Shown here: positions 42,314 to 51,078 of the stretch, one piece after another
How positions within the stretch are numbered: position 1 is the first letter of the stretch
How the letters are laid out: each line of letters begins with the position of its first letter
NCBI GenBank assembly: GCA_035626935.1
Contig: DASPMT010000513.1
Location: 120 to 64,119 of the forward strand
Reading direction: 5' to 3'
DNA: 64,000 bases
From: Phycisphaerales bacterium
GTDB taxonomy: Bacteria > Planctomycetota > Phycisphaerae > Phycisphaerales > UBA1924
The notes under the pieces: generated by a model
Database searches by the model: none
Told to the model about the DNA's origin: nothing
Seen by the model: the letters and a program-made list of their open reading frames with translations, nothing else
Translations under genes and position numbers: made by a program

Positions 42314-42901
42314 TCACGGGATCTCGACGTCCGGCTCGGTGAGCGAGACGCCTGCGAGCTGGGTCGTCGTTCGGATCTTGATCAGCGCCTGGGCTGGCGT
42401 GCGGCCCTGCGCGACTAGGCCGAGGTCGCAGGCCAGCACCCAACGCTGCCGCCATTCGCCGGTTGCGACAGCGTCGGCGTCGTCGAGGGCCCGCCCGGTG
42501 TCCGGGAGCACGTTCGCGACCTGCCCGAAGTACATGGGCAGCTCGAGTTCGAGGCCGGGCACGTGGGGCAGCTCGGTGTGCAGCGCCGTCTCGATGGTCT
42601 GGCGAGCCTGGTCGCGCACCGCGCGGTGGGCGCACCAGAGGTCGAGCTGGACGACGATGGCGAGGTCGGCGAGCCGGTAGGTGACGAGCAGTCCGCCGTC
42701 GTCGTCATCGGCCTCCGCCACCGGGACTGGTGCACACCAGGTGTAGCGGTGCTCCACCGGGGTCACCGAGACCACCGGGCCGTGCGACAGGTCTAGGTCC
42801 TCGCGCCGCTCGGGCCAGCCGCGCAGCGCGAGCGAGATCCCGTCCTGCTCCTGCAGGTACTGGGCGAGGTGCTCGACGAGGGCGGCGACGGGATCGATCA
42901 C
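42314..42901 (-). CDS. Tail completion / tail terminator-type protein
   Basis: 195 aa, immediately upstream of the sheath gene. The call rests on position. Confidence 0.5.
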   Translation of the reverse strand: MIDPVAALVEHLAQYLQEQDGISLALRGWPERREDLDLSHGPVVSVTPVEHRYTWCAPVPVAEADDDDGGLLVTYRLADLAIVVQLDLWCAHRAVRDQARQTIETALHTELPHVPGLELELPMYFGQVANVLPDTGRALDDADAVATGEWRQRWVLACDLGLVAQGRTPAQALIKIRTTTQLAGVSLTEPDVEIP

Positions 42902-42916
42902 GCCCCCTCCGGTCGG

Positions 42917-43381
42917 CTACTTCAGGCGCTTGCGCAGTGCTTCGCGGAAGAAGTCAGGCACCCGCGCCCACGTTCGGCGCATGATCGCCTTCGGCGGCAG
43001 CCCGCGCTCGTGGATGGCGCGCGCTACCAGGAACGCGACGCGGCGGGCCTCAGACGGCTTCACCGTGAGCTTCCGGCGCACCCACCCTTCCAGGTGCTTG
43101 GCCGATGGCCCGGGCGCGCCTGGGCGACGGCCATGCTCCACCACGCCAGCGTGCGGCGCGTCGTTGCCGTACTCGGCCCCACCGGCGATCTTGCGGGCCT
43201 GAAAGCCGCGCCGATACGTGCCCTGGTCGACGATCTCCTCGGTGTCCGTGAGCTCGACGGCGTAGCGGACCGCGCGGTGCGCGGCGTCTAGCGCTGCGAC
43301 CTCGGCCTGCGCTCGTCGCCGCTCGAGAACGTCGGTGAGGGCCGCGCCGAACTGCTCGGGCCGAATGACTCGACGCGGCAT
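42917..43381 (-). CDS. HK97 gp10-like head-tail joining protein
   Basis: GAEYGNDAPHAGVVEHGRRPG resembles the gp10-family EfG motif. Position in the connector block. Confidence 0.6.
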   Translation of the reverse strand: MPRRVIRPEQFGAALTDVLERRRAQAEVAALDAAHRAVRYAVELTDTEEIVDQGTYRRGFQARKIAGGAEYGNDAPHAGVVEHGRRPGAPGPSAKHLEGWVRRKLTVKPSEARRVAFLVARAIHERGLPPKAIMRRTWARVPDFFREALRKRLK

Positions 43382-43795
43382 CTAGGGCCTCGTTCCACGC
43401 CGCCGCAGCCGCACCGTCCACGAGAGGAATCGCTGCTCGGGCTTTCCGATGACGACGTACTCGGCGCCGTCCACGAGCCAGCACCACTCCTGCTGCGGGA
43501 GCAGCGTCGGGCCGAACAGGTCGGCCTCGGTGTAGGTGCCCGAGATCCGGTCCGCCACGAGTTCGCCAGTCTCACGCTTGCCGGCCTCGGTGGAGGGCTT
43601 GTCGTGCGCGGGGCGCACGCGGGGTCTGGGCTCGAGCGTCGTCACCGTGTCGGTGTAGGCGCCGAGCCCGGCCTGGGTGCCAGCCCACGTCCGCAGGCGC
43701 GTCTGGACGGTGTAGAGCCGGGTTCCGATCGCGTCGACGAGCACGTCCTGGCGGACGTCGTCGACCAGCGAGATCAGGTCATCCCGAAGCGCCAT
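43382..43795 (-). CDS. Head-tail connector / head closure protein (137 aa)
   Basis: ORF track entry. The call rests on its position in the connector block. Confidence 0.5.
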   Translation of the reverse strand: MALRDDLISLVDDVRQDVLVDAIGTRLYTVQTRLRTWAGTQAGLGAYTDTVTTLEPRPRVRPAHDKPSTEAGKRETGELVADRISGTYTEADLFGPTLLPQQEWCWLVDGAEYVVIGKPEQRFLSWTVRLRRRGTRP

Positions 43796-43810
43796 GGGGC
43801 CTCCCGCCCG

Positions 43811-43981
43811 CTACCGCCCGAACCGCCGCCTGAACGCTTCGCGCGACTCGGTATACGCGCGAGTTCCGCCGAACCAACGCCAGGTGACCTGGTCGCCATT
43901 GACGGCGATCACCTGTACGGTGTCGGGGCCGACGCGGAACGAGTCGCCGGCCTTCACCGGCTCACCTGTCGGAGCAGCCAC
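43811..43981 (-). CDS. Small hypothetical protein (56 aa)
   Basis: GTG start. VAAPTGEPVKAGDSFRVGPDTVQVIAVNGDQVTWRWFGGTRAYTESREAFRRRFGR. The upstream part of the ORF is R-rich noise. Confidence 0.4.
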   Translation of the reverse strand: MAAPTGEPVKAGDSFRVGPDTVQVIAVNGDQVTWRWFGGTRAYTESREAFRRRFGR

Positions 43982-44012
43982 CAGGTGAGGATGACGGCGA
44001 ACAAGAGCGCCA

Positions 44013-44252
44013 TCAGGGCTTCGGCGGCGCCGTTGGCGCCTCGTGCGGTGGTGGACGCACACCGCGTCGAACGGCCTCGCGCGTTTGGTACCAGTGTTGG
44101 GCCGTGCGCAGCAGGATCGGCAGCGCCACCCCAATCACCACTGCGAGCTCGGGGGCCAGCCCGACCTGAACGAGGCATGCGACGCAAACGCCGCCCGCTC
44201 CGGCCTCGCCGAGGTCGCCGAGAAGTTGCCCGGTATCCTGCACGGGAGTCAT
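44013..44252 (-). CDS. Small membrane protein, holin-like topology (79 aa)
   Basis: Internal ATG. GGVCVACLVQVGLAPELAVVIGVALPILL hydrophobic core followed by a basic, proline-rich tail. Confidence 0.45.
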   Translation of the reverse strand: MTPVQDTGQLLGDLGEAGAGGVCVACLVQVGLAPELAVVIGVALPILLRTAQHWYQTREAVRRGVRPPPHEAPTAPPKP

Positions 44253-44316
44253 TGAGTCTCTCCTGGGGTCGAGAGCAGCAGCGTCCTGCCCCAGGACCGC
44301 GCCGCGCATCGGCGGA

Positions 44317-44691
44317 CTACTCCGCGAACTCGATGACGGTGTACTCGGACGGCTTGAGCAAGCTGGCGTACTTCCGCGCCAACTCGCCGCGGTAGATCGA
44401 CCGCGGGACGGGCAGACGCACCCGCTTGCCCTTCGGGGTCTCCACGGAGATCGCCGTGGTCACCGGAACGTGGATGACCTCGGGCTTCCGAGCCGGCGGC
44501 GGCTTCACCGCCACCTTCTTCCCGTTGATCCGCTCGGGCTTCTCCGGGGTCTCGTCCGCTGGGGGCGCCCCTCCGGCCTTCGCCTTCGCCCACGCCTCGA
44601 CCTCGGCGAGCGAGACGCCCGCCGTTTCCGCGATCTTCGCGAGAGAGACCTTGCCGAGCATCTCGGCGTAGCTTTCCAAGTTCGTCGCCAT
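44317..44691 (-). CDS. Hypothetical head-region protein (124 aa)
   Basis: Internal ATG (MATNLESYAEMLGKVSLAKIAETAGVSLAEVEAW...). K/P-rich middle section. Confidence 0.55.
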   Translation of the reverse strand: MATNLESYAEMLGKVSLAKIAETAGVSLAEVEAWAKAKAGGAPPADETPEKPERINGKKVAVKPPPARKPEVIHVPVTTAISVETPKGKRVRLPVPRSIYRGELARKYASLLKPSEYTVIEFAE

Positions 44692-44698
44692 CTGCCAC

Positions 44699-45061
44699 CT
44701 ACCCCCGCCCACAGGGACCCGATGCAGACCGCGGGCGGAAGGCGGACTGCTTGACCGGGATGTTGAGCAACGCGGCGATCTGGCTCACGAGCCGATCGCC
44801 CTCCTCGAGCCAGTCGCTTCGGGCCTCCGCGCTCGCGTAGAACTCGACGTCCTCGGCCCGCTTCAGGCCGGCGCGCGACAGGCCGCTGGAGATCTGCGTC
44901 TCGACCGCGGCCACGCGGGTCAGCAGCGTCTTGACCTCGGTCTCGGTGGCCGCCTCGATCGACGTCAGCACCGACTCGAGCAGCCAGTAGGTCTCGCGGT
45001 TCCGGTCGGCGTAGCCGAGGAGGCGCCGGAGTGTTGCCGCCTCGGCGGCGGTGAACGCCAC
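44699..45061 (-). CDS. Hypothetical head-region protein (120 aa)
   Basis: ORF track entry. Helical composition. Confidence 0.55.
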   Translation of the reverse strand: MAFTAAEAATLRRLLGYADRNRETYWLLESVLTSIEAATETEVKTLLTRVAAVETQISSGLSRAGLKRAEDVEFYASAEARSDWLEEGDRLVSQIAALLNIPVKQSAFRPRSASGPCGRG

Positions 45062-45064
45062 GGC

Positions 45065-45601
45065 CTAGAAGCCCACCAGATCGATCACGGGCGGCTTGAC
45101 GTACCGGAGCTCCTTGAGCCCGAGCAGCCGCACCCCCTCCGGGATCTGCTGGTGGATGGTGCCCTGCGCCGCGAGGCCGCCGGCGCCGTTGAAGTCGGTG
45201 CTGTTGCCGGCCACGTAGACGCCGATCACGGACTTCGTGCCGTCCAGGGCGGGTAGCGCCTCGAGCGCCGCGGCAGCGGAGGCCGCGTTGGTGCCAGCCG
45301 CAAAGCTCGCGGTGCCAGCGGAGTCGAGGAGCAGCCAGTACGCTCGGTACTGGCTCGCCGTGGTATCCGTCTCCGCCGACAGGTCCCAGAGATTGTCGGT
45401 GGACCCCTTGCTGTAGACGCGCCCCGCGATCCGGAACAGCGTGGTCGCCTGGGTCCGGAGGAACCCGGCGGTGGTCCCGTTGCCGATGTTGCCGGCCCCG
45501 TCGGCGGCGAAACCGAACAGGAGCGCCATCGAAATCAGGATCTGCCACATGGCAGAGGTCTCGGTGCGGCCGCCGGTACGGCGGATCTTCTTCGTAGCCA
45601 T
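45065..45601 (-). CDS. Hypothetical virion-region protein (178 aa)
   Basis: ATG at 45601 with GGAG 7 nt upstream. N-terminal hydrophobic stretch WQILISMALLFGFAA, then an A/G/T-rich region. Confidence 0.55.
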   Translation of the reverse strand: MATKKIRRTGGRTETSAMWQILISMALLFGFAADGAGNIGNGTTAGFLRTQATTLFRIAGRVYSKGSTDNLWDLSAETDTTASQYRAYWLLLDSAGTASFAAGTNAASAAAALEALPALDGTKSVIGVYVAGNSTDFNGAGGLAAQGTIHQQIPEGVRLLGLKELRYVKPPVIDLVGF

Positions 45602-45751
45602 GTGGCGCTCCAAGGCCTGACTTCGCAGGCGGAAGGCAGAGGGCGGATCCGGAGATCGGGAGCGGGCCTGACCCGAGCGCCCGCATGACGCCGTGCGGGA
45701 GGCGTCGGGACGCTCGAGGGTCAGACCGGCTGCGGAGCCCCGGATGGGGCG

Positions 45752-45772
45752 AGTCCCTGATCAGCAGGGACT
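45752..45772. other. Perfect 8-bp stem / 5-nt loop hairpin (AGTCCCTG atcag CAGGGACT)
   Basis: Seen directly. Lies in the lower-GC gap between the HNH gene start and the next late gene. Confidence 0.5.
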
Positions 45773-45820
45773 AGTGTCGGGTATGTCCGAGAGAGTTACA
45801 GGTGCCGTTGGAGGCTCACC

Positions 45821-46549
45821 TTGGAGACCTGGCGCACGATTCCGGACACCGATGGCCTGTACGAGGCGAGCAACGAAGGCCGGATCCGCTCCTGGCGAAG
45901 CCCTGGACGGTGGGGACGGATGCTGACCGAGCCGATGATCCTCGAACCCAAGGCAATTCCGCCCTATGGCCACCTGCGCGTCAATGCCGCCGGGATCGGG
46001 CCCAACGGTCGGAGGTACGAGCAGGTTCATCGCCTCGTGTTGCTCGCCTTCGTCGGCCCGTGCCCGCCTGGTATGGAGGGCTGTCACAACGACGGCGATC
46101 CCAGCAACAACCGCCTCGAAAACCTTCGTTGGGACACAGCGAAGTCGAACGGTCGCGACAAGGTGCTACACGGAACCGTGCCCCGTGGTGAATCCAGCAA
46201 CCTAGCGGAGCTTACCGAGGGCGATGTTCGCGAGATCCGCCGTCTGGCCGCCGAACTCGTTCCTCTGCGGCTGATTGCCGCGCAGTTCGACGTCGATGAC
46301 AAAACCGTGGGCGCGATTGCACACGGGAGGACCTGGACCCACGTCGATGGGCCGCGGCTGGCCGGCGACGCGCTGCGTCGCGGGGTGCTGGCACCCACCG
46401 CGAAGCTCACACCCGATATCGTCCGGGAAGCGCGCCGACTGCATGCTGAAGGCGCCACCTTCACCGAGCTTGCCGAGCGGTTCGGTGTGTCGCGGCCGGG
46501 ACTCACCAACGCCATTCGCGGCAAGTCGTGGGCTCACGTCACCGATTAG
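45821..46549 (+). CDS. HNH homing endonuclease (NUMOD4 + HNH_3-type) with C-terminal HTH repeats
   Basis: WRTIPDTDGLYEASNEGRIRS (NUMOD4). HRLVLLAFVG...GCHNDGDPSNNRLENLRWDT (HNH). Opposite strand to all neighbours. TTG start. Confidence 0.85.
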   Translation: METWRTIPDTDGLYEASNEGRIRSWRSPGRWGRMLTEPMILEPKAIPPYGHLRVNAAGIGPNGRRYEQVHRLVLLAFVGPCPPGMEGCHNDGDPSNNRLENLRWDTAKSNGRDKVLHGTVPRGESSNLAELTEGDVREIRRLAAELVPLRLIAAQFDVDDKTVGAIAHGRTWTHVDGPRLAGDALRRGVLAPTAKLTPDIVREARRLHAEGATFTELAERFGVSRPGLTNAIRGKSWAHVTD

Positions 46550-46556
46550 CCGCCTA

Positions 46557-47654
46557 CTAGGTGTACAATACCTTCCCGAAGGCGCTGCGCTTGGCCCACG
46601 CGAGCTGCGCGTGGATGTAGACCATCGCCTCGGTGGACAGGCCACGCGGGCCGAGCACCTTCACGCACGGCATCAGCGTGTTGGGTCGGGCCATCAGGCC
46701 GTCGAGCACCGCGTCCGGGATGACCAGCTTGGGGTCGTCGTTGATCATCCGGAGGAAGTCCACCAGCGCCTCGCGCGGCCGATCGGCGCCGAAGAGCGCG
46801 GCGAGCTCGGGGGGGAGGAGCTGCTCCACCTGCACGTAGTTCGTGTTCCACGCGTACAGCGTGTTGGCGGTGCACTGCGGGTCTCGCACGACCGGGATCC
46901 CGTCGAGCTCGATCGCGTCGATGCCCGCCTGGAGCTTGATCGTGCCCCGTGCCGTGGTGATGGCGCGGAGGGTGACCTCGCGGTCGCTGAACAGCCCGCG
47001 GATCTTGTCGAAGACGTTCGACGGGCAGGTCAGGAGATCCGGCTTCTCCGAGCACGCGTCGTAGATCGGCGTGAGGAGGTCTTCGCGGATCTGCTCGAGC
47101 GAGATGTCGGCCAGCGCCACCGAGGCCTCGGTCGAGGCCCACTCGGTGTAGGTCGCCGGGTTGATCCCCTGGAACGTGCCCGAGGAATCGATCGCGAGCG
47201 CGGCACCCGCCAGCTCCGTCGGGGTCGCGCCAGGGTCGCCGCCGTACATGTCGCTGGCGACGCCCATCATCACGCGGACGCCCATGTCGCCCACTTCGCC
47301 CGCGAGCAGGTCGGCACCGCGAGCGCCCACCGAGCCGGGGTTCAGGTTCGAGGCGACCGCAGCCGCAGCCAGGTCGGTCACCGATGCGACCTTGTCGTAC
47401 TGGGCCCAGTCCTCGGACCAGTTGACCTTCACCTCCTGGTCCGCATCGGTCGCCGACCGGGCGACGCCCTCGGCGCTCGCCGCGGCGTTGGTCGCACCGG
47501 TGAACTTCGCGGTCCCGGCGACCACCTTGCCCGCGCCCACGACGACAGGCAGGAGCATCGGCAGGACCACCTTCCGGTTGATTTGGTTGGTGATCCGGTC
47601 CGGGAACACCAGCGAGAGGGCGGCGGAGATCGCCGCGAGATCGGTTGCGCCCAT
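46557..47654 (-). CDS. Major capsid protein
   Basis: 365 aa, directly after the scaffold gene. GAGGAG RBS. Typical coat-protein composition. Confidence 0.8.
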   Translation of the reverse strand: MGATDLAAISAALSLVFPDRITNQINRKVVLPMLLPVVVGAGKVVAGTAKFTGATNAAASAEGVARSATDADQEVKVNWSEDWAQYDKVASVTDLAAAAVASNLNPGSVGARGADLLAGEVGDMGVRVMMGVASDMYGGDPGATPTELAGAALAIDSSGTFQGINPATYTEWASTEASVALADISLEQIREDLLTPIYDACSEKPDLLTCPSNVFDKIRGLFSDREVTLRAITTARGTIKLQAGIDAIELDGIPVVRDPQCTANTLYAWNTNYVQVEQLLPPELAALFGADRPREALVDFLRMINDDPKLVIPDAVLDGLMARPNTLMPCVKVLGPRGLSTEAMVYIHAQLAWAKRSAFGKVLYT

Positions 47655-47728
47655 GTTCGGCGTCTCCTCGTTCAGAGTTGATGGCCGTAGCGGCCGGGAT
47701 GCGGGCTACGCGAAGCGCGCCCGCGGTT

Positions 47729-48451
47729 CTACAGGCCGAGGGCCTTGTTCCAGATGTTTCGGCCGAGCGTGCTGGCGTCGATCGGCTGCCCCGAGGCGCC
47801 GCCGTTGGGGGGCCGCTTGCCGCCCGCGCCTTCACCGGTGCCGCTGTTGCCCGTCGGAGGGAGGTAGAACTTCCCCTCGGCCGTCTTGACCCACTCCTCG
47901 GCGCCAAGCTTCCCGGCGACGATCTCCTCGCCCCAGGAGCGCTTGAACCGGAAGCCGGCGTTGCCGTCCTTGTCCTCGCCCAAGAGCCCCTTCTGCTCCA
48001 GTACGGGCATCGCGAGCTCAATGCGGTCCGCTGCGACTCCCGCCGCGCGGAGCGCCTCCTTCACGTCGGCGTCGCGCTTTGCCTTGGCGGCCTTCGCCGC
48101 CTCCTCCTTGCGGGCTCGCTCGCTCTCCTCGAGCTTCCGGGCCAGCTCCTCCTGCTGGGCCTTCAGGCGTGCGACCTCGGGATCGGGCTTGCCGTCGGCG
48201 TTGCCCTTGCCCTTGTCGCCCTTGTCGTGGCCGTCGGTGTTGCCCCGCTCCTTGGCGACCTTCTCGAGCTCGGCCTTGGCCTTCGCTTCTGCGTCGGAGA
48301 GCTTCTTGTCCACAGAGGCTGTGATCCCCTGAACGGTGGTCTCGAGCACCGGCTTGAGTGCGGTGGCCAAGATCTCCGTGGTGGCCTTGTCGGCGAGCAG
48401 CGTCTTGAACGCGTCCGAGATGTACTTCTTGTCCGCGTCATCCAGCGGCAT
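47729..48451 (-). CDS. Scaffolding protein
   Basis: 240 aa. Highly charged K/E/A coiled coil (AEAKAKAELEKVAKE, ARLKAQQEELARKLEESERARKEEAAKAAKAK). Lies between the minor head and capsid genes. Confidence 0.75.
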   Translation of the reverse strand: MPLDDADKKYISDAFKTLLADKATTEILATALKPVLETTVQGITASVDKKLSDAEAKAKAELEKVAKERGNTDGHDKGDKGKGNADGKPDPEVARLKAQQEELARKLEESERARKEEAAKAAKAKRDADVKEALRAAGVAADRIELAMPVLEQKGLLGEDKDGNAGFRFKRSWGEEIVAGKLGAEEWVKTAEGKFYLPPTGNSGTGEGAGGKRPPNGGASGQPIDASTLGRNIWNKALGL

Positions 48452-48472
48452 GGGTCCCTCGCTGTTGAGCGG

Positions 48473-49336
48473 TCAGATGGCACCCCAGCTCTTGCGCCAG
48501 GGGACCTGTCGACCGCGGTCGTGGTAGTGCGCGGGGTAGCTCCGCCCGTGCGCGACCCCGTTCGTCACGGTCCACACGAGGCCTTGCCGGGCGCGCAGGT
48601 TGCCCCTGACGTTCACCCGCCACTCTTCCTTTGGGAGCGCCAGCTTGCCGTCGAGCAGCAGGCTGAACGGGTGGTTCCGGCCGTCGAGGAACTCGTCCGC
48701 CTTCTTGTAGAGCGGGTCGTCGTCTTGGGGGTCGTCGAAGCTGGCGAGCTCCTCGAGCGAGGCCTGGGCACCGGTGTCGTACGCCCGGCCCAGCTCCATC
48801 CGCGCGATCAACGAGGCGCGGCCCGCCATCCCAGCCATCGCGCCGTTCGCGCCAGCGAGGCGCCAGGCCAGCTGCTGGGGGGTCTCACCGGCGGCAACGC
48901 CGACGACGAGCTGCCGGTGGAGCTCGTTGACGACGTCCGCCCCGTAGCGGTCGAGGCTGTACCGGTAGAGGGCCAGGCTTCGCGCGTCGGAGATCCGCGC
49001 CAGCGTCGCGATCTCGACCTGGGCACCGATATCGGTGAAGTTCGGCTCGGCGAGTTCGGCGATGCCGATCAGGTTGGCGAGCGCCTGCTCGCCTGCCTGC
49101 CGCTCCGACTCGGCCAGCTCGACGCCGAGCTGACCCCGCAGTCGGAGCACCGCCTGCTCTGCCTGCACCAGCATGACGCGGGTGGTCTGGGCGCCAGCGG
49201 GTGTCCGCGTCGTCTCCAGACGCTCCCGGAGCTCACGGCGCGCATCGTCGTAGATCCGCAGCACGCGCCGGGCGATGCCCTCGTCGAGCGAGGCGAGATC
49301 AGCGGCCTGCCGCTCCAGCAGATCCCGGAGCCGCAT
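48473..49336 (-). CDS. Minor head morphogenesis protein (Mu F / SPP1 gp7-like)
   Basis: Directly after the portal gene. 287 aa. SLIARMELGRAYDTGAQ motif. Confidence 0.65.
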   Translation of the reverse strand: MRLRDLLERQAADLASLDEGIARRVLRIYDDARRELRERLETTRTPAGAQTTRVMLVQAEQAVLRLRGQLGVELAESERQAGEQALANLIGIAELAEPNFTDIGAQVEIATLARISDARSLALYRYSLDRYGADVVNELHRQLVVGVAAGETPQQLAWRLAGANGAMAGMAGRASLIARMELGRAYDTGAQASLEELASFDDPQDDDPLYKKADEFLDGRNHPFSLLLDGKLALPKEEWRVNVRGNLRARQGLVWTVTNGVAHGRSYPAHYHDRGRQVPWRKSWGAI

Positions 49337-50789
49337 TGCCGCCTCCCCCCAGCGCGCCGCCGCCCCCGGTCGCGCCTGGCGGCTGCGCGGGGCGCATCAC
49401 CGGATCGAGGTCTGCAGCGTCGATCTCGGCCCAGATCTCCTCGCGGATGTCCTCGGCGAGGTCGGGCAGGAGCAGCTCCACCTCGCGGCGCGCGATCTCC
49501 CGACGCGCGCGCGGGCTCATCTGCCGCACCTCGGTCGCCCCAGCAGCGGCCTCGAGCCACGCGGCGACGTCAGCCGCGTTGTACCCGTCAAGCCCGGCGA
49601 TCTCGATCCGAGCCGGCTCGACCACCTCGCCGCGCGCGCGCGCCACGAGCAGCGCGGTCTCGCGCACCCAGTCGCGTACGTGCCGGGCGAGCTCGTCGAG
49701 CAGCGCCTCGGTGGCGCGCCAGTCCTGCGCCTTCGATTCGCCGCTCTGCCGAGTCCGGCCCGAGTCGGCGTCCACGGACGCTGCAAGCTGTTGAATGACC
49801 CGGTACAGGTTGTCGCGGGCCTCGATGACCGCGTCCGCCAGCCGCTCCGAGCTCACGCCCGACGGCTCGACGAAGGCGACCTTGTCCTGCATCCCGACCT
49901 TGAGGAAGTAGCCGGCGCCCAAGGTGGGCGTATCCACTGCCTTGTTGCTCGCGACGACGAGCAGCGGGTGCGCTGCTCGGTGCAGTCCCCACGCATGATC
50001 GTGACGCTTGCGAAGCAGGTCCAGGGCGGGATCGTGGAGCCGGTTCAGGAGCCAGAGCCCCAAGGGCAGCTCGCAACGAACAACCGGGACCATCCCCAGG
50101 TTGTGGGCTACCGGCTCAAGTTCCTGCGCGTCGTCCTCGTCACTCGGCTGGTCCTTGCCTGGGATGGGCCGCCACTCGAAGCGGCGGATCTGCCGAGCGT
50201 CGATCACGGTCCAGCGCCAGACGCGCGCTCGGCCCTCCTCGACTCCCGCGCGCTCCTCGCGGATCGACTCGGCGACGACCCACGCCAATCGGCCGGCGCC
50301 GTCTTCGCCCCAGTCGATGACCTGCTCGAGCTGGACGAGGTAGGGCTCGAGAAGCCCAAGAGCCTCTTCGGTTGCGCGGTCGGGCACGGCGACATCCGCA
50401 GGCCGTGCCGGGAGGTCCACCCAGGCCCACGCACGCCGCGTCTGGAGGGCGTCGCAGAGCAGGCCCGCGAAGAACTCCGCAAGGTCGGTGCCCGCCCGGT
50501 CCACGTTGCCGACCCAACCGCCCCACCAGGCATCGCCATCGACCGCCACAACCGGCGGCGACGCGAAGACCTGGGCGACGAAGAGGTCCACTGACCCGAC
50601 AACGTCGTTGACGTAGACGGCCTGGGCCATCCGGTTCTTGTAGAGAACCGCTGGCTCCTCGGGGAGCTTCGGCAACCACTGCTCGCGCCGGGCCTGGAAT
50701 GCCTCGCCGCCCTCATAGAGCGCCCGGCAGTCGCCGCAGTACGTCTCGCGGAGGTCGGGATGGCGCTGGCGGAGAACGCGGATCTTCAC
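49299..50789 (-). CDS. Portal protein
   Basis: 496 aa, between the large terminase and the Mu-F-like gene. Balanced composition. Confidence 0.75.
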   Translation of the reverse strand: MKIRVLRQRHPDLRETYCGDCRALYEGGEAFQARREQWLPKLPEEPAVLYKNRMAQAVYVNDVVGSVDLFVAQVFASPPVVAVDGDAWWGGWVGNVDRAGTDLAEFFAGLLCDALQTRRAWAWVDLPARPADVAVPDRATEEALGLLEPYLVQLEQVIDWGEDGAGRLAWVVAESIREERAGVEEGRARVWRWTVIDARQIRRFEWRPIPGKDQPSDEDDAQELEPVAHNLGMVPVVRCELPLGLWLLNRLHDPALDLLRKRHDHAWGLHRAAHPLLVVASNKAVDTPTLGAGYFLKVGMQDKVAFVEPSGVSSERLADAVIEARDNLYRVIQQLAASVDADSGRTRQSGESKAQDWRATEALLDELARHVRDWVRETALLVARARGEVVEPARIEIAGLDGYNAADVAAWLEAAAGATEVRQMSPRARREIARREVELLLPDLAEDIREEIWAEIDAADLDPVMRPAQPPGATGGGGALGGGGNAAPGSAGAAGR

Positions 50790-50805
50790 CGAGCCTCCAC
50801 CGGGG

Positions 50806-51075
50806 TCACGTCCAGATGCCCATCAGCTCGTGCACCAGCACCGCCGCGAGGTCCTCGAGCTCGAGTTCGTACACGGTCACCACCGTGCGGCCCCGAACCA
50901 CCAGCACCGCCGATGCGGTCACGCGGTAGCGGCCCCGGCCGCCCACCCCGCCCTTCCGGCGGAGCCGGCGCGCAGGGACCGCCACCGACTGGGCAACGGC
51001 GAGGCGGAAGCCACCTGGAACAGCGACGCGCTGCACCCAGCGCTCCACCGCGTGCAGGGTGTAGCCGAGCGGCAC
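50806..51075 (-). CDS. Hypothetical protein (89 aa)
   Basis: GTG start, between terL and the portal gene. YTLHAVERWVQRV motif. Confidence 0.45.
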   Translation of the reverse strand: MPLGYTLHAVERWVQRVAVPGGFRLAVAQSVAVPARRLRRKGGVGGRGRYRVTASAVLVVRGRTVVTVYELELEDLAAVLVHELMGIWT

Positions 51076-51078
51076 GCG

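Noticed and set aside
46546-49798. Long ORFs 46546..48021 (-) and 47645..49798 (+) across the capsid/scaffold/minor-head region
   Set aside because: Their compositions are dominated by R/G/P/A. They are out of frame or antisense relative to the capsid, scaffold and Mu-F-like genes, which have normal composition, RBSs and the expected order.
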